This document shows positions 53,440-64,000 of a DNA stretch of 64,000 nt, one piece after another. The DNA is from Geosiphon pyriformis uo1 (taxonomy: Eukaryota; Fungi; Glomeromycota). Each line of letters begins with the position of its first letter. Within the stretch, counting starts at the first letter, position 1. A program made the translations under genes and the position numbers. The stretch is taken from positions 62,001 to 126,000 of the forward strand of contig JAAOMT010000602.1 of NCBI GenBank assembly GCA_016748015.1, given 5' to 3'. The notes under the pieces were generated by a model, which worked only from the letters and a program-made list of their open reading frames with translations, had not been told where the DNA came from and made no database searches.

Positions 53440-55633
53440 TTCTCAATGGAGATTTTGAGATCGAAAAGAATTGTCTTAGTCACAAGAGTCAATCGGGAAG
53501 ATTTGTTCTAATTAAGGCTTATTAACCCTTATTTTTTGAAGATTATGATGTTCAAATCAACCATGCAATAATATATCCTTTGATATTTATATTTAAATAT
53601 ATTATGAATGTTTTGGATTATCTTGGCGGGAATTCAGAGAATGAAAAACATCTGCAGAATTAGTAATCAATTATATTCACAATTTTCGTCCACCAATCAC
53701 GATAAAACTTTGCAAAATTCCGCAGAGTTAATAAATCTCAAACAGTCGAAGGTGTTATTTTAAACATTTTTCGAAGTTTCTTTGGTAAATTCATAGAAAA
53801 TATTCTAAAATTTTAATATTTGTTTTTAGTTAAAAATAATCATTATGGACGTTTTTAATTCATTATAAATCAGACTAATATAATTTCTAGAAGGAAAAAA
53901 AATTGAATTGTAATCCTCTTCAGTCACTTTTATAAAAAATTCAAGAATCAAGAGATAGTGGTTTTTCTAAAAGAAAGGGATTTGATCAAAAAGGTGTAAA
54001 AAGGTAATAGTCGGAATATTAATTTAAAGAAATCTAAATATATTGAGCAAGCAAGAATCTAATAACAGAAAAAATGTTAAAGCTTTATAAAGATTTATTG
54101 GCATAAGCATAACTTGGTACCATTGGTTTTATTGTGAATATAATATTAAGTGAATAGTAAGTTTTAACTAAAGATGATATTCTTGGAATTTTAAAATTTA
54201 TAAAAAGTTACAACTCAAAACAAAAAATTTGCAACTCTTTATAAAAAATGAACATTTTAGTTTTTAAAAAAAAATTATATCTTTATTTGTTTAGTATTTT
54301 TTTTATCAATGTTTTTGTATTTGAGGTTTAATGAATAGAAATTTTAAAATAATAAGTTTTATCAAAATATTTGGAATTGATAAAATGATTTGTGGTTACA
54401 AAAAAAAAATTTGGTTAAAATTAAATTTCAAAGAAAAAAATGATTAAATAACAAAAAAACATATATTGAATAATTTTTTTTGTTAGTTTAAACTTTTATT
54501 TTTAATATTAAAAAATTATTTAAAAAATCTTATTTGCAATTTTTTTTAATAATAACGTAATACTTGGTTTTTAAAAAAATATGATTAACCCAAATATTAA
54601 CTTTGAAATTTATTATTTTCTTTTAAAAAATTAAATCATAAAACAGAAAAAATTATTTTAATTTAATAATTATTTTGTGATAAAAATAAAAAATTTTATA
54701 AATTCTGTTTGATTATTTTTTTATTTTAATTTTTTAATTATATATATATTTTTTAAACTATTAATTAATTTTAACCATAATTATTTTAATAATAAATTTA
54801 GTTTATAAAAAAACTTTTTGATAATTATAAATTTTTTTATAATTATTTTAATAACATGTGATAGAAAAAAAATTATTATAACGTATTATATCAGTTCTTT
54901 AATATTATTAAAATATTTTAAATTTTTTTTTAAAACAATCCAGAATTTTAAAAAATAAATTATTTAAAATTATATAACTATTAAATTTTTTTGATCAGTT
55001 ATAATTCTCTTTTAAAATCAGTTGATATTAAAATTAATTAATAATTTTTTTTTTAAAATTGCAATTATGCATATTTTCAAATAAAGACTAATTTGGTGTT
55101 CACATTCTTTTTTTTCTTACCAATTAGTGGGATATCAAAATAGTTGATTATTTAGATTACATTTTTTTTTTCAAGCACACATGAGAATAGATTGAAAATC
55201 AGCTCACTTCAAATCTGCCAATCATGAATTTTAAATTGGGATTGAGAATTTTTACTGTTTAAATTAGAACTTTCTTTAAAAAAAGAGACACATAATTAAC
55301 CTCTTGAAAAATGACAATGCTATTTTCAATAATGATACTTAAAATGGTGTTTACAAAAAAACAAAAACTTTCATTTTTAAACATTTTTAATAATCATACA
55401 ACTAAATGAAACATGTAAAAACCAGGTTTTCACCCATACAATGTTGGAAATTCGCTTTTTTCATTCATTTTACCTTCTTGTCATATGCAGAGAATAATAG
55501 ATTATTTAGACTTTATGTAACCCAAAAAATTAAAAAAAGATTAAGTTTCCAAATCAAGTTTTTTATAAATCAAAAATCCAGTTCCCTGTTTTCATCTTAA
55601 TTCGGAAGTTCTAGATTTTCTCCCAAAAAAAAA

Positions 55634-55698
55634 AAACTTTCAGTATCAGTTAACACGGAGGAAACTTTCAGTGTCAGTTAACACGAAGGGAAGTTTCA
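55634..55698. repeat. 28-bp tandem duplication about 0.85 kb upstream of the HMG gene
   Basis: aaactttcagtatcagttaacacggagg / aaactttcagtgtcagttaacacgaagg plus a partial third copy. Confidence 0.8.
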
Positions 55699-56543
55699 AT
55701 TGTCAATCTCGCACCAATTATTTTAACGTACTGCCAAAAATTATTTCATATCTTAAAGTAGAAGAAGTAAACTTGATTTTTCTAAAAAAAAATTTCTAAT
55801 AAAACCATAAATTCAGCAGCAGCAGCAGTCAAAAATTCCTTTATTAATGCATTGTATAAAAAGTAAACAGATTATGCGTGCATTTGCAGGTGCATCTGCA
55901 ATTACGGTTCACAAAAGTTTTCATTTATTTGCTCTTTTTCATGCATGATATTAAAATACAAGGTTCTAGATTTCTAGTAAGACCGATCTTAATTTTATGA
56001 AGTATTCTTGTACCAATGGAACTAAATATACGCCCAAAGAATATAAAATCTCATATTTAAAAAAAAAAAGAATTAAACAAAATATCATGAGATTAAGGTA
56101 TCTATAAATTCAAATTCAAATTCAAATTCAAATTCGGTTCAACTAACTATTCACAATATTGTTTGGAAACATCCAAAAATATGGTTTCGATCGAATAGTC
56201 CATTTCTATTACCCAGAAATCTTGACAATTTAAATAGAAAAACAATAAAGCATAAAATGGTTCACTGAATTTCAAGTTTGACCTTTTTTAAACAATGAAA
56301 ATACTAGTCAACAAGTGAGCGTGGGAAATGAAAGATAAAAAAATTATTGACTTTTTAATAGTTCTTAGTACTCTAAATATGTTAATATTTTCGAAGATTC
56401 TAGACTCTCGATAAACAATTTAATTGACATAAAAGTAGCAATCATTAACTATTAAGAAAACTTTGCAATTTGAAAAACATCAAAGAAGCCGTTTTTGTAA
56501 GATTTGGTTAATTTTTAGTTTTCTTTTTTAAAAAATTTCGAAA

Positions 56544-57470
56544 ATGAATTCCTTAAAAACCCTTAAAGATTTTGTCAATTCAGAGTTCTTTCGACAAGAA
56601 ACAGAGTTTTTAGCCACACCACCTTGTCAGCTAACTCTACCATTGCATGAACTCCTTGAATTCGAATCAATATCCAATCCCGATCCAAATACCCCTATCA
56701 TAAAACCAAAATTTCGAAATTCCTTCTTTATTTTTAAAAAAGATGTTAAAGCTTGGATCGTCAATGAAAAAATTTGTCCCGTATCCTTGCTTTATAAAAT
56801 TGCTCCACCAGTTGGCTACTTCCCTGAATATCAAACAAAATTATCGGTTCTGTCAAAAATCTATGGTGCTCTTTGGGAACAACAACCTAAGGAAGTGAAA
56901 CTCTTTTTTGCTCGTTTAGCCCGCCTTTCCACAATTATTTCAATGGCCACTTCACCAATTGGAAGAAATTTAAAAAAAAGTCGGAGAAAAGGAGTTAAGA
57001 AATTGACAAAATCGAAACTTTTGAAAATGTCACAAAGTCCAAAAGAAATATTTAATCTTCAATTAGAATTATCGGAAGCTCAAAGAATTGAATCAAACAA
57101 AATTTTGGCATCTCTTCAAGAATTTTTAGTCATTCATGAACATCAATCGGCCAATTCATTTTGTGTAGATTATAATAATAATAATAATAATAATAATGAT
57201 AATAATAATGATGATAATAATAATGATGATAATAATAATGATGATAATATGACTTCATTATCTGAAGATTTCGTGTTGCCAGAACCACTCCAATCGCAAT
57301 CTGATAATTCCCCTCAATCCGTTTTAATTGACCAACCAGAGATTGAGTTAGAAATTAATGTGATGGATAATAAGTCGTCAAACTTGGCCGAAAAAGTTCC
57401 CATACAACTCGAAAATTTTAAATTCGACTACGTTTTCGACCTTTATGATATTTCTACCTGGAACTTTTGA
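56544..57470 (+). CDS. Divergent MATA-type HMG-box protein (308 aa, intronless) with Asn/Asp tract
   Basis: KPKFRNSFFIFKKD...LSKIYGALWEQQPKEVKLFFARLARL; N-terminal PPCQLTLPLHELL is typical of this family. Confidence 0.8.
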   Translation: MNSLKTLKDFVNSEFFRQETEFLATPPCQLTLPLHELLEFESISNPDPNTPIIKPKFRNSFFIFKKDVKAWIVNEKICPVSLLYKIAPPVGYFPEYQTKLSVLSKIYGALWEQQPKEVKLFFARLARLSTIISMATSPIGRNLKKSRRKGVKKLTKSKLLKMSQSPKEIFNLQLELSEAQRIESNKILASLQEFLVIHEHQSANSFCVDYNNNNNNNNDNNNDDNNNDDNNNDDNMTSLSEDFVLPEPLQSQSDNSPQSVLIDQPEIELEINVMDNKSSNLAEKVPIQLENFKFDYVFDLYDISTWNF

Positions 57471-59807
57471 TTTAATACTTGACATCTTTTCTTGTTTTAA
57501 AAACATGATAAAAATTAACGGCTTCATCAAGATTATAAGAACTTTAAGATTTAAAATTTCCTAAAATAATGTTCCAAGAAATAATTATTTAGTTTATTTA
57601 TATCGTATTTTTCTCAAAATCAAATTGCTAAAAATTTAGGATATGAACAAAAAATTTTAAAAACAATTTAAGCTAAGGTTAAACATAAAAAGAAAAAATT
57701 CTAAAACTTAAAACCTTTTTTCTTTTTTCTTTTTTTTTAAAGTAGATCTTTAAGTTTCGAAAATGACTTTTTATAAACATCTATATATATATGATTAAGT
57801 TTACAAGATATGGTTCTTTTTTGTACATTTTTATCGATTAATTAACTAATTAACCAAACACTTCTAAGTGTTATGACAATGTTAGCAAATGAATTAAAAT
57901 TTCCATTAAGAAAATTAAATAAAAGCAGACAACCAAAAATTATGAATAAAAAAGTTGTGTTTATTTTTAAATGTAGTGGTCCTGAAAAGAATCATTTTGA
58001 TGATGCTAAATATTCAAAAAAATTTTAGAAAATGATATGTTCTGCTTTTTTCAGAAAGAACACATTTGTTTACTTTTCATAGAATCAGCAGTTTTTTTTT
58101 TCACCAATTATTTTTTTTTCAGGCATGTCAATCATCATGCGAATGATCCACATTTTGGGAATACAAAGAATAAAATCTATGCAAAATAAATTTTTTGTGG
58201 AGTTCTAGGCATATTTAAAAGTTCAATGCATAACACTATGGAATAGAACTAATATAAGTTAATTTAAATTTAAATAAAAAATTATTCATAAAAAATTGTA
58301 AATGAATTGAAAATATTTTTTTTTTCTTATCAATTCTAAATTGAAAATTTTTTAACTTTTTAATGAATTTATAACTTCTAAATCTCTTCCTTTTTTTATA
58401 CACGAGAAGTTAAATCTTTCAAAATAAAATTCGATTGGCAAAAAAAAATTGTTCTACAAACGTTTTTTACTCCCTCTAAAATTATTTTAGAATACTAAAA
58501 TTTTAATAGATGAGATGAGATGAGATAAAGTATAATTTTAATCCAATTACCTATACTTGAAACTCAACTTTTCACAAAAAGCTAATCTCTAATAAATTGA
58601 ATTAGTTTTTAGTTATTTGAAACAATTTAGGAATACCTTCCCATTCATATTCCCTAGATTTAAAAAATCTCAAAATTATGTTTACCATAGACAACGTTGT
58701 TCTTTTCGTCGGAGTTGTGGTTGTAACGGTTGTACTCTGGTACCTAACTCCATTATGTAATGTAAGATTTAATTAATAGGTTATGTAATAAAACAATTCG
58801 AATAAAAAGAAATTAATTGCTTCCTTTCCAAAATAAATTAATCAGCAATACCTAAATTATTTATGGCGCTTATGTGAACCCGTGAATTCAAATACTCATG
58901 ATCTTTTTTAAGAATCTTATTAGGAAATAATTCTGAAATTAAAATGAGATTCTACCGAGTTTTAACCCAGAAGTGTGTTATTCAAACTTTTAAGGTTAAA
59001 CAAAATCAAATTGAGAAAGTAATTTCTAATTTATTTATTTTTTTGTTTCAAACTTAAAATTATTAACAATTTGGAAAATAACTGAATAGAATAAACATTT
59101 ACAGCAGATGGATAAGCATTTCAATTTTTTTTTTAAAAATTTTTTAATTTTAGTCTCATAATCCCAAGTTTTTGTTCAAAAAAGTTATTCTATAAAAAAT
59201 ACCTCACATAAGGCATGGGAAGAAATTTTATAATATAATGCTAATTATTTTCATTATGACACCTTGCACCTATGAGAAAATGACTTTTTATAAATTTTCT
59301 TGTGAAAATATTTTTCAAAATGCTCTGAAAACAATTTTATCTTTGAATACATCATATTTGAATTAATTCTAAAAAAAATTTAGAATAATATCAATCACAG
59401 CAATTTTGCTATTAAACTACTTAGAAGACTTTAAATAAATTTTCCCTATTTTTTCCAATACAAAAGTATTTTATTAGTTCAAAAAATATTGTTTTGTAAA
59501 AAAAAAAATTGAAATTCACATTTTAAAAACAAAAGTTCATTATTAATAAAGTTTCTTTGCGACGACAATACACTACCTTTCTAACCCGCCCTCTCCTCTT
59601 ATCAGAAAAAGGTTCGAAATTTTATGGTCAGAAATTGTTTTTTTTTTAATTATAAAAAATGACATATTAATAGAATCCAATTTTTAATATTATAAAAGAC
59701 ATGAGTATAATTATTTTGAAATATAAATAGTACACTTTAAAATAAGGTATTCCAAATATCAAACAAGAAAATATTAAAAGGTTCATGATTTATTAAATTT
59801 AGCGGTA

Positions 59808-60138
59808 TTAATCCTTTTGATCTATTGTATCAAATATCCAATCCTCTAAAGAATGTTCATCTCTCAACTTGTCGTCTGCTCTTATATATTTAACGATCCA
59901 ATCTTCCCACATGGAATCTTGAGAAAATCGGCTGACGAATGATGACGTTGAAAGACTTTCAGAATCTTTAGTGAGTCTTCGTTTATGGCTTCGTGTTTGT
60001 TGATAAGATCCAATTGATTTATAATGTTTAAAACCATCGGACCATTCAAAGAAACCTCCTTGGCCATCCTGAGAATACCCCATGCTTTCACCACTATATA
60101 TTGATGATCTGCTGCTGGAAATGCTACATGGAATATCT

Positions 60139-60179
<41 letters not shown>

Positions 60180-60413
60180 ATGATGATTGGATTTGGTACT
60201 TGAAATACTCGAAGAGAGAGATTCGGTTGATTTGAATTCAAGCCTGTAGACTATTGAATCTTTATTCGACTGAAGTGTGACTTGGGCAGGTGTAAAGTCT
60301 GCTCTAGCTTGATTGAGCGTTAATCCATTTTTGGAAAGTGTTGAATATAGTTTACTTTGCTTGCTGGCCCTCTTGCAGACATTGCACAGATACCAAAGCA
60401 AATAAAAGCTCAT
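59808..60413 (-). CDS. Hypothetical Ser-rich protein with poly-His tract (201 aa)
   Basis: ATG ORF, GC-richer than its flanks; (cat)n encodes the His run; Trp/acidic C-terminus. Confidence 0.7.
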
Positions 60414-60872
60414 TTTTAAAAGGAAATATACTATTTGAATTTTAGCAATTCCAACAGAATTAAAAATCTCAAACTCAAAACTTTTTACGATGAATATTTT
60501 CGCTTTGAAGATGGGAATCTTAAAAACTTATCCAGTTGCCCGTTGGAAGAGATATGTTTACTATATATTTATAACTGAAAATCGAAAGAGAAAGAATTGG
60601 TAGCCATATTCTTATCGTTAAATCGAAAAAATGACGAACTAGCTTCAAATTGGGTAAGGGTATCACATAAAACTAACTTTGCAAGAGTTTCTTTGGAGAA
60701 TTTCATCTTGTAAGGATCGGGTTTTATATTGGCTGTCTTTCGATAACCGCCCCTAATAACTTAACTATTGGAAATGCAACGCTGATCTGATATTGGAACA
60801 CAAATCTGAGAAAATTATATATCATATTAGGTATGATTTCGCTTTTTAAGAATGCATTAGAATTTAAGGAAT

Positions 60873-60873
<1 letters not shown>

Positions 60874-60934
<61 letters not shown>
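60874..60934. repeat. Poly(T) tract
   Basis: About 60 T. Confidence 0.9.
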
Positions 60935-60935
<1 letters not shown>

Positions 60936-62089
60936 AAACGCCATTCTCTCTTCAGGTTTATTGATCTAAATAATAGACAATAATAAATCCAAAAGAGTGT
61001 CACTTCGCAAAAAAAGGAACTAACATCAGTGTTCGAAGAAAATATTTCGCATAATAAGGGAGTTCAAAGATAAGTAAACCATAAATGTGTATAATACTAG
61101 CCACAGTTTCTACTAATAGACTCCAGATTCTCATGCAATTCTCATTTTCCTCAGAAACACTATGCGGAACGTGATTCATTTCTGAAATAATGCAAGTTTT
61201 AAGAATTTTAAAAAATAGTCGACATGAAAAATTACCTTTGATGAAAAAACCTGTTGCTCGAAGGTCTATCAAAGATTTAATTAGAACTGATAAATATTGT
61301 TATCGTTTGAAATTCTGACAATTGAGAATATAATCAAAGCATAAATCCTGAATCATATACCTTAGAAACTTGATCAATAGGCTAAATTAAAAGTTTCCCG
61401 ATCTTTGTTTTGATATCGACGTGTGGAAATCCAAAAAATTTTAAGGATAAAAATGTCATGCGATTCCTAAATCTTCCATATTTTTTGTCAAACATCTTTG
61501 AAATCACTTTCATCTATACTTGATATACCTCCCGCAGATTTATTATGCAGTTTTGGTTTTTCTTTATGTAGGCAAAATAACCCTTTACCATTTCAGAAAA
61601 AATCCGCGTATCACTCTGTAATGAGCTAGCAATATTTCAATAACTAGACATGAACACTCGTTCTTTTTATTCAAGATTTCATTCTAACCTTTCTTGGTCA
61701 AATTCGGCTTTTTTGGTGAAAGTGTGTAAATCATAGCTTTTGATATTGTGAAACGATCTTATTTAAATACCTTTGCAAAATCTAGACGGTTGAACACTTT
61801 TTGCACGAAAGGAATTATTAAAAAAAGTCAATAATTCATTGGAAATTTTGTGAAATTAATATTTTAATATAAAGAAATTTGTTCTTCTTCGAGAAAAATA
61901 GCCTCGGAAGAAAACATCAATCAATTATAATTAAATTCATCTTGTAGTTATCAGACTCAAGATGATCAAGATTTACATGAATAATTTTATTTTAATTAAA
62001 AATCCATTTAACCTATATTGAAAAATGTACAAATCTAATTGTGTTTATTTTGGAATTACAATTATATATTAATTCAAACTCATATTAAG

Positions 62090-63397
62090 CCAAGTTTTGA
62101 TAAAACCATTCAAAATTTTTTTTATTATATCTTAACAAAGTGTGATCCTTCCAATATCTATTCAAGTTCCTACATAAATTTAAACTATAAGTTTGCATAA
62201 TGCACTTTTTACATGTAACCCAGCCATCTAGACTTATGCTAAAACTACATTAGGTTATAGCATAAAAGGCAAAAGCCCAAATTTACTTATTTTACATATT
62301 AGATAATTTAAATTCTTAACTTCCAAACAAATTGACTTACTCAAAATCTAGTTTTCTTAATATTAAAGATTTAACAACTTTCAAAAAGTAACCAAATGCT
62401 TAAAATTAATATTATTTATATTAAAAAACTTTTTTATAACAAAAACTCCTTATTATCTATGTTATTACCAATAGAAAAACTCTTAAAATCTTTTGCAAAA
62501 AAAGCTGAGTTTTTATTTTATTATTAAGTTTATTTCTAATAAACAGCAAAAATTTAACCAAAATTACCAAAAAGCCAATAGGCCTAATAATAGATTTAAC
62601 CAAATTAAAAAAATTCTAAATTTAGGCTTTTAATAATATTAGTCTAAACTTATTATCAAATATAACTATATGAATAGCAATAAATATTAGAAAAACAATA
62701 ATTTTAACATAGAATTTTAACTTAAATATAACAAAAACTTAAAAAAAGATTTTATAAAAAATTTTATAATTAAAAACAATATAATCTAAACTTTAACATT
62801 TATAATAACATCAACATTTAAGAGTTTTTTACCAAATATTACTATTTTTTAAAATGCCAGTTTTAACAATAACAATAACATATTTTTATTAATAATTAAA
62901 CTTAAAAGTTTAAAAGATAAAACAAATTTAATTATATATTTAAACAATTATATTACAAATCTTAAAAACAATATAACTCAATAAAAAATTAACTAATTAT
63001 CTTTTTTTAATTAATAAAAAAAGTATTTTAATATTGTTTTTCTTTATTAAAATTAACTAATAAGTAAAAATAGTTTTAAAAACTTTAAAAAGCTGAAATA
63101 ATTAATAATATATTGTTACAAATTATATAAAAACTAAAAAACAGTTTTAATATAAACTATTTTAAATTTTAGCAGTAGTATTAAATACAAAAGTAAAAAT
63201 TATTCATTCAAAAATATTTGATAATTAATAATTGCTCCAAAATACCATTAAAATAACAATATTTTTAAAAATTAAAAAAATTAAAAAAGCTTTAATTATT
63301 ATTTTATTAACTTAATTTTGGTAACTAAGTAATAAATACGTTAAAATATATTTGTTTTTAAAATTAATACTAATTCAAATTAAAAATGACAAGTATA

Positions 63398-63431
<34 letters not shown>

Positions 63432-64000
63432 AAATAAAAAAAAAGTTATTGTTTACAAAGAAAACAGAATTAAATATTATAATTAATACTAATACTATAA
63501 AATTAGTAAAAATTTTAAAAATTTTAAAAAAAGTTTATGTCTTATTTTTTACAAAAATTAAAACAGATTTTAATTTAAAAAAATTATTTTAAAAAACACT
63601 AAAAAAAATATTGAGGAACAATATTTCAAAAATATTAAGTATATTATTTTTAAAAGAGAAAAAAAGATTATTTTTAACTGTTTCTGTTTTTTTAAGCAAT
63701 TAAGTAGTAAAAAAAGATTAACAATAGAAAATAACTGCTTTTTATAAAACTTTTTACAATTATAACAATTATATTAGAATTGTTCTTAATAAATCACTTA
63801 AAATAAAACTTTAAAAAATTTATTTTTAATCAAAAACAAAAAAAGTGATAGTTGTTTTTTTGTTTTTTTCTTTAATTATAATTATAAAATACAAAAAAAT
63901 AAAAATTTTGCAATTATTTGCTATAATAAAGTATAGTTTTTCTATAGTTTAATTTAAGCATAACAAAAATAACTATAAATATAAATTATATGATTTGAAT
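62090..64000 (-). mobile_element. Extremely hypermutated LINE ORF1 relic (LINE-D, related to LINE-B)
   Basis: *LILIKKNNIKIL vs WSFLIGKDSVRV in LINE-A; VKTGILKNSNIW*KTL followed by YYKC*SLDYIVFNY, a CX2CX4HX4C knuckle with TGT/CAT->TAT; DNA match to 10150-10236; may extend past the window end. Confidence 0.65.

Noticed and set aside
54100-55080. Very AT-rich patch (similar ones at 4.1-5.5, 35.2-35.7 and 37.6-38.4 kb) as further erased TEs
   Set aside because: Plausible, but I could not recover motifs, TIRs or TSDs
30383-57470. Mating-type locus suggested by two MATA-HMG genes
   Set aside because: This family is highly expanded in AM fungi; no homeodomain pair, RNA helicase or triose-phosphate transporter neighbours are seen
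4294-63592. Short ORFs with poly-I/L/N runs (e.g. 4294, 25630, 53305, 59882, 63386)
   Set aside because: Products of (aat)n/(tta)n/(cat)n microsatellites or alternative frames

Overview
AT-rich eukaryotic genomic DNA with short GT-AG introns, two MATA-type HMG-box genes, LINEs carrying RNase H and Tc1/mariner elements. This profile suggests a Glomeromycotina (arbuscular mycorrhizal-type) fungus, which is an inference from gene content only. The window has two domains. (1) About 9.2-25.7 kb, plus 62-64 kb, is a nested transposon graveyard: one full-length LINE with a perfect 19-bp target-site duplication, three older LINE relics, a Ty3/Gypsy relic and two Tc1 elements. The relics look like AT-rich junk and are invisible to the ORF track, but conserved motifs reappear when C->T/G->A changes are reversed. 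(2) About 30-60.5 kb is gene-sparse and holds three paralogous spliced class I SAM methyltransferases (two with N-terminal myristoylation+palmitoylation-like signals), two HMG-box genes and two His-rich orphans. The best candidates for undescribed biology are a repeat-restricted, largely non-CpG C->T hypermutation resembling RIP in a lineage where RIP is not, to my knowledge, established, and a family of probably membrane-anchored LaeA-like methyltransferases. All translations were done by hand, and relic boundaries are approximate.
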